The notes under the pieces: model-generated | What the model saw: the letters and a program-made list of their open reading frames with translations, nothing else | Told to the model about the DNA's origin: nothing | Databases searched by the model: none | Shown here: piece after piece, positions 35,399 to 46,405 of the stretch | How the letters are laid out: each line of letters begins with the position of its first letter | Numbering within the stretch: the first letter of the stretch is position 1 | Assembly (NCBI GenBank): GCA_012862495.1 | Contig: BLSG01000353.1 | Span: forward strand, 1 to 63,814 | Direction: 5' to 3' | DNA: 63,814 nucleotides | Origin: Thraustochytrium aureum | Lineage: Eukaryota | Translations under genes and position numbers: made by a program

Positions 35399-36595
35399 CT
35401 AGCTCTCGAGCAGCGTCCAGCTGGTCAGGTTTTCCCGCAATAGTTCGAGCAGCATGTACGACTCCTTGTGCATCGCCTCGCGCGACCCCTCAAGCGAGGC
35501 TACAGCGGCGTCATAAGTCGCCTTGGCCAGCTCGCAAGCCTGGTCTGGCGTATTCGTGATCTCAAAGAAGAAGACTGCCGCGTTGAGCGCCAGGCCAAGT
35601 CGCAGCGGACTGGAGGGCTCCAGATGGTCGCTGGCGAGCGCAAGCGCCTCCTTGTAAAACGCGCTCGCCTCTGCGGGAAACTCCTTGCGCCCGCCCATGC
35701 CCTCGGAGGTGTTCTCGGCCAAGTACCGGTAATAGTCGCCGACGAGTTTTTTGTAGAATACAAGGGCGTCCACCTCGCCCTCCTCCGGGAGGTGCTCGAG
35801 CAAGTGCGAGCGAAGCAGGTCAATAAAATCAAAGCACACCTCCTCGAGCTCCTGGCGCACCGCCCGCGAGACGACCTCGAGCGGGGTCTCGGGCTCCTCC
35901 TCTCCGAGGCCGAAAGCCAGCCTCGTGTGGCTTGCTCCGATAGAGACCTCCAGGTCATCGATGGGGAGCCCGTTCATGCTGTTGAGGCTCCCGGACACCA
36001 GCGTTGAGCGTGACTCCTCGGCGGAGGCGCTTTCCGCGTCGTCTTTCTCCTCGGCCCCGGCTTGGTCGCTGCTACTGCTGTGCTCGCTGGGCTCGCCGGC
36101 CTCCCCGCCGATGCCAGGCGGGTTTGGCGGCTTGTTGGCGGCGCCGTCGTGCAGGGCTCTGAGCAGCGCCATCCGCTTGCGCGCAGCCTCCTCGCGCGAG
36201 AGCCGCTCGGCCTGCAGCAAGTCCCACACCTTGCGCCACGATGTCCGCAGCGCGCCGACCACGCTCTTGTACGCGAGCGACAGGAGGTCGCGTTCCTCCT
36301 CGTTCAGCACGGACTTGGCCAGCGCCAGCTGCCGCATCATCACGCGCATGTCCGCAAAGCTCTCCGTCTTCTCGGCGAGCCGCGCCAAGAACAGCAGGTC
36401 CTCCGGCGTCCTCCCGCTCAGGTCCACGACCGCGGGATCTTCCTCGCGCGCCGCGTCCTCCGCGTCAAACTCGCCCGCCACCATCGCCTCCTCCCCGAAC
36501 GCCCCCGCCATCTCGCCACTGCCCGCCACCGCGCCAAAGGGCCTGCCTTCCCACTCCGTCTGCATCGGCGCACCGCTCGCAGCCCGAACAGCCAT
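35399..36595 (-). CDS. Divergent 14-3-3 protein with a long internal insertion
   Basis: LARLAEKTE, EERDLLSLAYKSVVG, FYKKLVGDYYRYLAE, PLRLGLALN..VFFFEI, LLRENLTSWT. Confidence 0.9.
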   Translation of the reverse strand: MAVRAASGAPMQTEWEGRPFGAVAGSGEMAGAFGEEAMVAGEFDAEDAAREEDPAVVDLSGRTPEDLLFLARLAEKTESFADMRVMMRQLALAKSVLNEEERDLLSLAYKSVVGALRTSWRKVWDLLQAERLSREEAARKRMALLRALHDGAANKPPNPPGIGGEAGEPSEHSSSSDQAGAEEKDDAESASAEESRSTLVSGSLNSMNGLPIDDLEVSIGASHTRLAFGLGEEEPETPLEVVSRAVRQELEEVCFDFIDLLRSHLLEHLPEEGEVDALVFYKKLVGDYYRYLAENTSEGMGGRKEFPAEASAFYKEALALASDHLEPSSPLRLGLALNAAVFFFEITNTPDQACELAKATYDAAVASLEGSREAMHKESYMLLELLRENLTSWTLLES

Positions 36596-37020
36596 TGTTC
36601 GCCGCCCCTCTCCAGGAACAACGAGCTGCTCGCCTTAGNNNNNNNNNNNNNNNNNNNNNNNNNNNNNNNNNNNNNNNNNNNNNNNNNNNNNNNNNNNNNN
36701 NNNNNNNNNNNNNNNNNNNNNNNNNNNNNNNNNNNNNNNNNNNNNNNNNNNNNNNNNNNNNNNNNNNTACTCTAACAGGAATCACGTAGGGTACAATAGA
36801 ACGCTTCGGTCGGTGTGCTGCAGGGATGACAACGAGCTGTTCGCCGCTGTCGCTCTTTTTCTTTTTTTCCTGGATTCGTTTCCTTTTCGTCGGTCGGGCG
36901 ACCTAACCCTCGGGGTGGAGGCGGTTGGGTTAGGGTGCGCGCGAGGAGGCGCAGGCAGAGCAGGAAGGGCGAGGAGCGGGCGCGGGCAGGCAGGGCAGGC
37001 AGGAGCAGCGGAGGCCGAGG

Positions 37021-38483
37021 ATGTCCCTCCAATCGCAAGTTGCAAGGTGAGTCGCGCACGGACCGGCTGGACGGGGCGTCGCAGGCGCTGGCCGATCGCC
37101 GGCGCGGGCGGGCTGGCCGGCAACGGTGGCTGACCTGTGGAGGCTCGGCGGTACGGACGCGCAGCGGAGGTGGACCGCGTGTTGAAGCGCATCGCAGAGG
37201 GCCTCGAGATATTCGACGAGATTTGGGAGAAACTGCAGAGCGCCAACAACCAGAGCCAGAAGGACAAATGGGAGGTAAGTGGACCAACGCACCGCGGGGC
37301 TGCGCGGTGCCGCGCGGTGCCGCGCGGCGCGCGGGCCAGGCTAGGCTCGCATGTGTCTGCGTGTCCGCCTGCGGATCCGATCGCGCGGCTAATGATCTTG
37401 TACCTCGATCGCGCTTCTTTTACGCCGGGTTGCGCAGGCCGACTTGAAAAAGGAAATCAAAAAGCTGCAGCGGCTCCGAGAACAAGTCAAATCATGGGCC
37501 ACCAGCTCTTCAGAAATTCGCGACAAAGAGCCACTTTTGAAGGGGCGGCGCGACGTAGAGACCCGCATGGAGCGGTTCAAGGAGCTCGAGCGAGAGATGA
37601 AAACCAAGGCGTATTCCCGGGAAGGGCTCTCCAAAAACTCAAAGCTCTCCGCAGAAGAGCAGGCCGCCGAGGACTGTAAAGCCTGGGTTGCAGACAAGAT
37701 CGACGAAATCAAGGACCAGCTGGAGCGCGCCGAAGCAGACGTTGAAGCGCTCTCCAGCACAGTCAAGAAAAAGGCCAAGAACGCTGACAAGATAAAATCT
37801 CTCGAAGAGAGCATCATCGTGTACCGCTGGCATGTCGAGAAGCTCGAGCTCGTGATCCGCGGCATTGAAAACAAGGTAGTCGACCCTAACGACGTTAATG
37901 ACGTCAAAGAGGACGTCGAGTATTTCGTTGAGAGCAACCAAGAACCAGACTTTTACAGCGACATGGAGATCTATGACCCGCTCGAGCTCGAAGAGAAGAT
38001 GGCGCAGGTGCTTGTACAGGTCGTCGTGCCACCAGGTACGCCAGCTGCAGCGCCAGCAACAGGAGGAGCGGCTGCTGCAGGGACAGCAGCAGGCGCAGCA
38101 AAGCCAAAGAAGGAGAAAAAGAAGGGTGAGGAGGACGATGCAGCAAAGAAGAAGAAGAAAGACAAGAAAAAGGACAAGGAGCACGACCAGCTGCTCGCTC
38201 AACAGCAGCAGCGCCAGGCGATTCTAGCTCAGCAGACCGCGGCGCAAAAGGCCAAGAAGGAGGCGCAACAGCAGCAGCTCGAGCAGGCCAGGCTTGAAGA
38301 GCTCGAGCGCCAGAAGCACGATGCAGAAAGGGCCGAAACAGACTCGGACGAGCAACAGGCCGCAGCTGAAGTGCAGCCAAAGCCGTCGAAAGACAAATCC
38401 ATACCTCCAAAGCCCCAGGCGACAGCCCCGTCACCCCCGCCTCAACCAGCGCCTGCGCAGCAACCACAGCAGCAGCAGCAGCA
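37021..38483 (+). CDS. NOT3: CCR4-NOT subunit NOT3/CNOT3 (N-terminal part; 3' end in gap); two introns
   Basis: Exons 37021-37046, 37165-37274 and 37438 onward give ..[75 protein letters not shown]; exon 1 needs one C removed from a CCC run. Confidence 0.92.
37047..37164 (+). other. Spliceosomal intron 1 of NOT3
   Basis: GTGAGT...GCTGAC...CAG; restores conserved reading. Confidence 0.8.
37275..37437 (+). other. Spliceosomal intron 2 of NOT3
   Basis: GTAAGT...GCTAAT...CAG; joins [14 protein letters not shown]. Confidence 0.9.
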
Positions 38484-39128
38484 NNNNNNNNNNNNNNNNN
38501 NNNNNNNNNNNNNNNNNNNNNNNNNNNNNNNNNNNNNNNNNNNNNNNNNNNNNNNNNNNNNNNNNNNNNNNNNNNNNNNNNNNNNNNNNNNNNNNNNNNN
38601 NNNNNNNNNNNNNNNNNNNNNNNNNNNNNNNNNNNNNNNNNNNNNNNNNNNNNNNNNNNNNNNNNNNNNNNNNNNNNNNNNNNNNNNNNNNNNNNNNNNN
38701 NNNNNNNNNNNNNNNNNNNNNNNNNNNNNNNNNNNNNNNNNNNNNNNNNNNNNNNNNNNNNNNNNNNNNNNNNNNNNNNNNNNNNNNNNNNNNNNNNNNN
38801 NNNNNNNNNNNNNNNNNNNNNNNNNNNNNNNNNNNNNNNNNNNNNNNNNNNNNNNNNNNNNNNNNNNNNNNNNNNNNNNNNNNNNNNNNNNNNNNNNNNN
38901 NNNNNNNNNNNNNNNNNNNNNNNNNNNNNNNNNNNNNNNNNNNNNNNNNNNNNNNNNNNNNNNNNNNNNNNNNNNNNNNNNNNNNNNNNNNNNNNNNNNN
39001 NNNNNNNNNNNNNNNNNNNNNNNNNNNNNNNNNNNNNNNNNNNNNNNNNNNNNNNNNNNNNNNNNNNNNNNNNNNNNNNNNNNNNNNNNNNNNNNNNNNN
39101 NNNNNNNNNNNNNNNNNNNNNNNNNNNN

Positions 39129-40738
39129 GGCTCGGGAATGTCGCTTCGACGTGCGGCGTTGCCTGGCAAGGCGCCTGCAGCGACAGGGTGTCGCTGCTCA
39201 CCGCACACCAGCTGTGGCTTGCGTTTGAGCCGGACCCGGATGGCGGCTCCGGCCCGAGGTCGGCACGGGTGGCCTCGGAGGAGGACGGCGGGCTGCACGA
39301 GGCTGCGCTAGTGCCGTTCCCTGAAGGCGGCCCGGACGCCCAGGCCTGGGCAGAAGACGGTTGCCTCGCTGTCGTTGCGGCTGGGCGGAGGCTGCACCTC
39401 TTCGGGCGAAGCGGGGCGAGGGCAAAGCTCCAGCGAATCTCGGACTCTGTCGTCTTCCACTTTGACATTTCAGACACGAGCTGCGCGCAGGTGCGCAACA
39501 ACGCAGTCTGCGCCCCGCAAGACGGTGGGGCAGCCAACTATCTCGTCGCGGTTGCTGGAGTCCGCGGCGCTCGGGTCCTAACCGTCAGGCGGGACCCACA
39601 GGGAAATTGGGTCGTATGTCGGACGTCTGTGGGCTTGGCGCAGTCTTACGCAATAAATTGCGTCCGCTTCTCCGCAGGCCCCGTCACCATGCTCTTGGTT
39701 GCTGCGACGGATGGGCATCTTGGGGTTTGGCGCTCCGGGGCGCTTCAAAGCGATGGTGCCCACACGCAGACCGCGGTGTGGCGCGACGTCGTCGAGATGA
39801 GCGGTCGCTTCACTGACGCCTCGTTCTCGCTCGACGCGCGTTTCCTTGCGCTATGCACGTGGCGCGACGGGTGTGTCTTGTTCCGGCGAAAGGACGAGAT
39901 GGGGCACTTTACGCTCGCCCACCACTTTGGGCGGCCGGACCCGACGGACAAGAGGCGGCCAGCATCGCATCCGTCCGTGTGCTGTTTTTCCGGGAACAGT
40001 CGCTTGCTTGCCGTGTCCCGCGGCGGTGCAGGCGAGATCGAGGTGCGCAGCAATTTCAGTGGTCACGTTCTCAGCCGCGTACAGCTTGCCCATGTGGTTG
40101 GTCTCACAGCTCTTTCTAGGGGCCGCCTTTTTGCTTGCTCTGCTGGCGGCGAGTTTCAGGTATCTGAGTGGCCAGTCGACCCAAGCGTAGCATGGGACCG
40201 CTGGCTCGACGCGGAGAGGGACCAAGCCCCGGCCGCTGTGCTTGGAGCGCTGCGATCTGGGGCAGTGCGCACTTGCGCGTGCGCAGCGGACAGTGCCACG
40301 ATTGTGCTCGTCGCCGACGGCGCAGTCCACATTTTGTTCGGCGCGGCTCCGAGTCGCCCGTGGCTGACGCTCCTAGCCCCCGGCGTCGGCTTGTCTTGTT
40401 TGATACCCGATCCAGGCGCTGGCGCAGGCGCAGGCGGAGGGGAGCGACGCCGAGCCTTCGTCCTATTAGTCATCACGCCTGATGAGAGCAGTGAGGTGGC
40501 AAGGTTTGCGATTGTTGAGGTGGATCCAGTCGCAGGAACCCGGAGAGGGAACACGCTGCGTTGGGCCGCCCCCATTCCCAGTCGCGATCGCGTTGCTTGC
40601 GAATGCACAGAGGCCTTGACTTTGTCGCTCCACGAGGGCGCGGGTTGGGCTCAGCCGGTCCTGAGCTGCCCCTGTGGCCAGTGCCCAGAGGTAGAGATCC
40701 AAGTGCCGTGGGAGCGTGTTGCGCCTGGCGGTTGTTGA
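39129..40738 (+). CDS. WD40/beta-propeller-like protein (5' end in gap)
   Basis: INCVRFS..LLVAATDGHLGVW; FTDASFSLDARFLALC; CCFSGNSRLLAV. Confidence 0.6.
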
Positions 40739-40986
40739 CAGCTCAGGCTCAGCTGTCGCCTCCAGAGTAGCTGTGCGCGCCACACCACACGCTCGGTGCG
40801 ACCAAGCGACGGGAGAGCCAGCACGCGTGCTCGCTTGCCGTGTGCAACTTGGGCGGCGATACGATCGATAGAATATTATTGTTTTCCCTTTTCGATTGCG
40901 CTACGCTCGAGTTCAGGGTCAAGACAGTCAGGGCCAAGACGCGGCAGCAACAAGCAACGCCGGCACCCTCGATTGGCCCCAGGCCC

Positions 40987-42215
40987 TTAGGCGACCTTCT
41001 TGCCCTGCATGGCGCCAGCAAGGTAGAGCTTGGAAAAACCCTGGCCACTGTACCGGTTGATCTGCTGCGTGTAGATGCCAATCTGCTTCCTGATCAAAAG
41101 GGACTCGAGCGACGAGGAACCTGCAGGCGTCTTGAAAATCGGGTTGGAGGCGTCCACCTCAGGCAGGAGCGCGTCCCCGCGCTCCTCGCGAGCCTGGTTC
41201 TCCATTCGCCGCTGCATAATGAACTTGATCTGGTCCTGCTCTGCCTTGGCCACGCGGCGCTTCTCCTGGTTTTTGCGCGACTGCTCGCCACCCAGGTTGT
41301 CCGCCTCCTCGACGATAAACTCGAGGTTGTGCGAGAGAAACGCGTTGGTGCTGAGGTTGAGCCTGTCAAAGTCGACATCGAGCCGGTCCCCGTTCCGCTG
41401 CTTGAGGTCGTCAATGAGGACGGTGAACAGGTGCGCGTTGGTGATCTCGATAGGGAGTTCGTCAAAGATCTCCTCCGCACTCAGCTCCGTTTCAGCGGTA
41501 GCGACTTGGGCCGTCCCGTCGCTCGGGAGGCTTCCGAGGGCTGCCACGACGGCGGGCGAGAGCTTGACGACCGAGCTGGACGAGATCTGCACCTTGCGCT
41601 CGCGGTACATCTTCATGAACGAGTCGGTCAGCCGGTACGCCTTGAGGCTAAGGTTGCCGCGCTTGGTCATGAATGGATCATAGACAAGGACGACGGACTT
41701 TTGGACCTGGTCGTGGTCAAGCGCGTCCTGGTATTGGAACATTTGCTGCACCACGCTTGCAGTGCAAAACGACCCGAGGTACGACGACCGGTACCAGCCC
41801 ACTGGGTTGCAGTCGACGTTGATGTCGCGCAGGAGCTTGAGCATGTCGTTCTTGAACGCGACGCCTTCGGCGCTCATGCCACCGACGGTAGGGGGCGCTT
41901 CGGCGCCCTCTTCGGGGGCGGGGTCGATGGGCATGGGGAAAGAGTTGGTCACCTCGAGGTCGGCGTCCACGTCCATTCCCAGCAAGCTGCCAGAAACGAG
42001 CTCCGGGAGGGACTCGGTGCAGTGTTTAATAATCTTCATCAGCACCAGGCCGTCCACCTTGACCGTCTCGATGCGGCTCGCCTTGGCGGTGCCAGAGAGC
42101 TTCTCCGCAGCGTGGCGAGCGACGACCGAGGCTTCTGCTGCATGCCTTCCGGAGCGCCTGCCACAGTCGAGGTGGGCTGCACGGGTGGCACCCCATACGC
42201 GGACCCTACGGGCCA
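40987..42215 (-). CDS. EIF3H: Eukaryotic translation initiation factor 3 subunit H (start in gap)
   Basis: VKVDGLVLMKIIKHC..GSLLGMD..LEVTNSFP, LRDINVDCNPVGWY, VVLVYDP..GNLSLKAYRL, IFDELPIEITN. Confidence 0.92.
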
Positions 42216-43206
42216 NNNNNNNNNNNNNNNNNNNNNNNNNNNNNNNNNNNNNNNNNNNNNNNNNNNNNNNNNNNNNNNNNNNNNNNNNNNNNNNNNNNNN
42301 NNNNNNNNNNNNNNNNNNNNNNNNNNNNNNNNNNNNNNNNNNNNNNNNNNNNNNNNNNNNNNNNNNNNNNNNNNNNNNNNNNNNNNNNNNNNNNNNNNNN
42401 NNNNNNNNNNNNNNNNNNNNNNNNNNNNNNNNNNNNNNNNNNNNNNNNNNNNNNNNNNNNNNNNNNNNNNNNNNNNNNNNNNNNNNNNNNNNNNNNNNNN
42501 NNNNNNNNNNNNNNNNNNNNNNNNNNNNNNNNNNNNNNNNNNNNNNNNNNNNNNNNNNNNNNNNNNNNNNNNNNNNNNNNNNNNNNNNNNNNNNNNNNNN
42601 NNNNNNNNNNNNNNNNNNNNNNNNNNNNNNNNNNNNNNNNNNNNNNNNNNNNNNNNNNNNNNNNNNNNNNNNNNNNNNNNNNNNNNNNNNNNNNNNNNNN
42701 NNNNNNNNNNNNNNNNNNNNNNNNNNNNNNNNNNNNNNNNNNNNNNNNNNNNNNNNNNNNNNNNNNNNNNNNNNNNNNNNNNNNNNNNNNNNNNNNNNNN
42801 NNNNNNNNNNNNNNNNNNNNNNNNNNNNNNNNNNNNNNNNNNNNNNNNNNNNNNNNNNNNNNNNNNNNNNNNNNNNNNNNNNNNNNNNNNNNNNNNNNNN
42901 NNNNNNNNNNNNNNNNNNNNNNNNNNNNNNNNNNNNNNNNNNNNNNNNNNNNNNNNNNNNNNNNNNNNNNNNNNNNNNNNNNNNNNNNNNNNNNNNNNNN
43001 NNNNNNNNNNNNNNNNNNNNNNNNNNNNNNNNNNNNNNNNNNNNNNNNNNNNNNNNNNNNNNNNNNNNNNNNNNNNNNNNNNNNNNNNNNNNNNNNNNNN
43101 NNNNNNNNNNNNNNNNNNNNNNNNNNNNNNNNNNNNNNNNNNNNNNNNNNNNNNNNNNNNNNNNNNNNNNNNNNNNNNNNNNNNNNNNNNNNNNNNNNNN
43201 NNNNNN

Positions 43207-44306
43207 CAACAAAACCCCACAAACCCACCGATGGCGACGTTGTGGACTGGCTCGAGCCACCGGTCGACAGCGTCCAGCGCGCGTGAGAGGCGCAAATACA
43301 GACGGCCGTCTAGCTCGTCGAAAAAAGTCTTGCTGCGCCGAAAAAACTCCCAATCCGCGACGGCGACGCCCTCGGGCCGCACCGGCAAGCGCGACTGGCC
43401 GCTCTCGGAGCCTGGCAAGGACGAAAAGATCCGCGCACCAAGCTCAAACGTGGGGCAGTCCAGTCCGTGGATGAGGTTGTCCTCGGTTGGCGCTGAAAAG
43501 TCGACCGTATTCAAAGCCCGAGAGAGGCGCGAGAACGCCGGCACTAGCTCGAGCGCGGACTCGGGCACGCTCTTGCTCAGGTTGTCGCAAATCTCGACCG
43601 CGCTCAGCCCGGCGTTGAAATACCATGAGCCCGAGTGGCTCAAGTCCCCGATGCGCTCTCCGAAAAAGGTCCGCGCCTCGACCAAGGCACCGTAATCACT
43701 GGCGATGGCACCCGCTTCGACGCGCTCCGCAAGCCGCGTTACCAGCCCCACTATCCTTTCCTTGCGAGCGCGGAGGGCCTCGACCGCCGCCGCCTCTGTT
43801 GAGCTCGAGAGCAAGGCCACGGCATCTGCGGCCGACCCGATCGCTGACGCGGGGTTTCCACAGTCGAGGCAGTTCATCCCCATCCACTTGTCCAGCGCGT
43901 CCAGAGCGGCGTCCAGCACGCGGCCGTCGCGCGAGTACTCGAGGCGCAGTTTGCGCTGTGCAAGGAGCTTGCAGAGCACCGCAGCTGCAGCGTCTGCGAC
44001 GTCTCCGTTCTCGCTCCGCAGGCCAGGGAGCACCGCCTTTTCGAGGCACCCAGCGGCAACGATCTGCGGCGCGGCGTTGACCCACCAGGTCACCCCGCTG
44101 CCGTTGTTGTAGTGGAGGGCCGCATACAGACTGTCGAGGCCCTCGATCGTCCTGTCGACGCCCCACGCCTCGGACTGGGCCTGGCGCACCCATGTCGCCG
44201 CATCCATGCGCAGCAGGTCGTCGATATGGTGGGATCCAATCACGAGCACGACAGCGGCGAACGCGAGCCCCACCTTTGGCACGCTCTGGTCTGGCGGAAA
44301 CGACAC
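43207..44306 (-). CDS. Hypothetical helical protein (flanked by gaps)
   Basis: Long open frame with protein-like composition; no family recognised. Confidence 0.5.
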
Positions 44307-44766
44307 GTTCCTCGTGTAGCTCGTCGAGAGGCCTCGCCGCTGCCCCGCTTCGGCCCCGAGCCNNNNNNNNNNNNNNNNNNNNNNNNNNNNNNNNNNNNNN
44401 NNNNNNNNNNNNNNNNNNNNNNNNNNNNNNNNNNNNNNNNNNNNNNNNNNNNNNNNNNNNNNNNNNNNNNNNNNNNNNNNNNNNNNNNNNNNNNNNNNNN
44501 NNNNNNNNNNNNNNNNNNNNNNNNNNNNNNNNNNNNNNNNNNNNNNNNNNNNNNNNNNNNNNNNNNNNNNNNNNNNNNNNNNNNNNNNNNNNNNNNNNNN
44601 NNNNNNNNNNNNNNNNNNNNNNNNNNNNNNNNNNNNNNNNNNNNNNNNNNNNNNNNNNNNNNNNNNNNNNNNNNNNNNNNNNNNNNNNNNNNNNNNNNNN
44701 NNNNNNNNNNNNNNNNNNNNNNNNNNNNNNNNNNNNNNNNNNNNNNNNNNNNNNNNNNNNNNNNNN

Positions 44767-45995
44767 CGCCGGGTAGCGTGGCTGCTGTCGTCACGGACGT
44801 GGGCTCCGGACGCGAACTGCGGTTTCGCGCGAGCAGCGTCGGCCCTCTCGGCATCGCCGCGCTCGTTCTCGAGGGGCTCTCGCCTGGCACCCGGTACACG
44901 TACGCAGTGTGGGGCCGCCGACCTGACGAGGCGGGGCTGGCGTCAGATCGGCCTCCAAAAGACGCCGCGCGAGGCACGTTTCGGACGCCGCAGCTCGAAG
45001 GCGTGGCGCAGAGCTTTTCGCTCGGCTTCGCCTCCTGCGCCGATAACCACTCGAACAGCGTCGTGTTTGACGTGATCCGAAGTCACGACCCGCTTTTCTT
45101 TTTGCACACCGGCGACTTGCACTACGGCAATGTGGAGCTCAACGACCCGCTCGCGTTCCTCTCCATGTACGACCAAGTCATGTCCAGCCCTCGGCAGCGC
45201 GCATTTTTCGCGTCTTTGGCCCTTGCTTACATGTGGGACGACCACGACTTTGGCCCCAACAACAGCCACCAAGGCTCGCCCGGCCGCGAGTCGTCGATTG
45301 CGGCTTTCCTGGAGGCAGTCCCATCTTACCCGCTGGCAGCCTACGTCGAGCCAGCGCTGCGCGACAAGGAGCGCGAAATGCGGGCGTCCGTGTTTTTCGC
45401 GTTTACCATCGGCCGGGTGCGCTTCATCGTGACGGACACGTCGTCCAGCAAGGTGCCCAAGGAGACGGCTCTTGGCGCAGAGCAGCTCGCTTGGTTCAAG
45501 GCCGAGCTCGTGCGCTCCGCAGAGACGCACGAGCTCCTTTTCTGGGTGAGCACGATGCCGTGGGTGACTCCGCACTCCAAGTGGGGCGAGTTTGCGGCGG
45601 AGCGAGCCTCGATCGTAAGCCTCATCCGCGGCAACAACCTGCAACGCAAACTTGTGATGCTCAGCGGTGATGCGCACATGCTCGCCGTCGACGATGGCGC
45701 GCACAGCCCTGGCGGCATTGTCGTGCTCCAGGCCGCCGCCCTCGACGCCAAGCCGACGTGCAAGGGTGGCCCATACAGTCACGGCATCTTCCCGGGGCGC
45801 CACCAGTACGGTTGGCTCGACGTAGTTGACGAGGGCGCCGGCACGCCGCCGTGCTTCCGTTTCAGCGGGCGCCGCGTTGACCCCGAGACAGGCGCGGAGA
45901 GGGAGCTTGTGCACTTTGAGACCTGTGACCCGTCTCGCAACTCGCTGCGGCGCCCGTACTGGCCCAGCCCCAGAGTGGGTTGAGAACCTGTGGAA
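44767..45995 (+). CDS. PhoD-like alkaline phosphatase (both ends probably in gaps)
   Basis: LEGLSPGTRYTY, GFASC, FLHTGDLHY, MWDDHDFGPNN, LGAEQLAWFK, LSGDAH. Confidence 0.88.
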
Positions 45996-46405
45996 NNNNN
46001 NNNNNNNNNNNNNNNNNNNNNNNNNNNNNNNNNNNNNNNNNNNNNNNNNNNNNNNNNNNNNNNNNNNNNNNNNNNNNNNNNNNNNNNNNNNNNNNNNNNN
46101 NNNNNNNNNNNNNNNNNNNNNNNNNNNNNNNNNNNNNNNNNNNNNNNNNNNNNNNNNNNNNNNNNNNNNNNNNNNNNNNNNNNNNNNNNNNNNNNNNNNN
46201 CCCATGCATGGCTAGCGTCTTCCTCATCCTTGTTCTTGGCCGCGTCACTCGTGTCGAATAGCTCGCTCATCTTGTAGCCAATTCTGGGCAGGCCTTTCTG
46301 CCACAACGGGCCCACAAGGCAAAAGGAAGGCAAGCAAGTGGATCGACAAGCCGCCCGTTGTCAGTAAAAATGAAACAGTCGAGTGTTGGTCGAGTGGATC
46401 AGAAT

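Noticed and set aside
36902..36935. CCTAACCC / GGGTTAGGG telomere-like motifs (also near 1200)
   Set aside because: Only one to two units each, too short to call a telomere; at most a promoter motif.
40840..44306. Very long ORFs spanning N-gaps
   Set aside because: Artefacts of translating N runs as X; they join unrelated genes.
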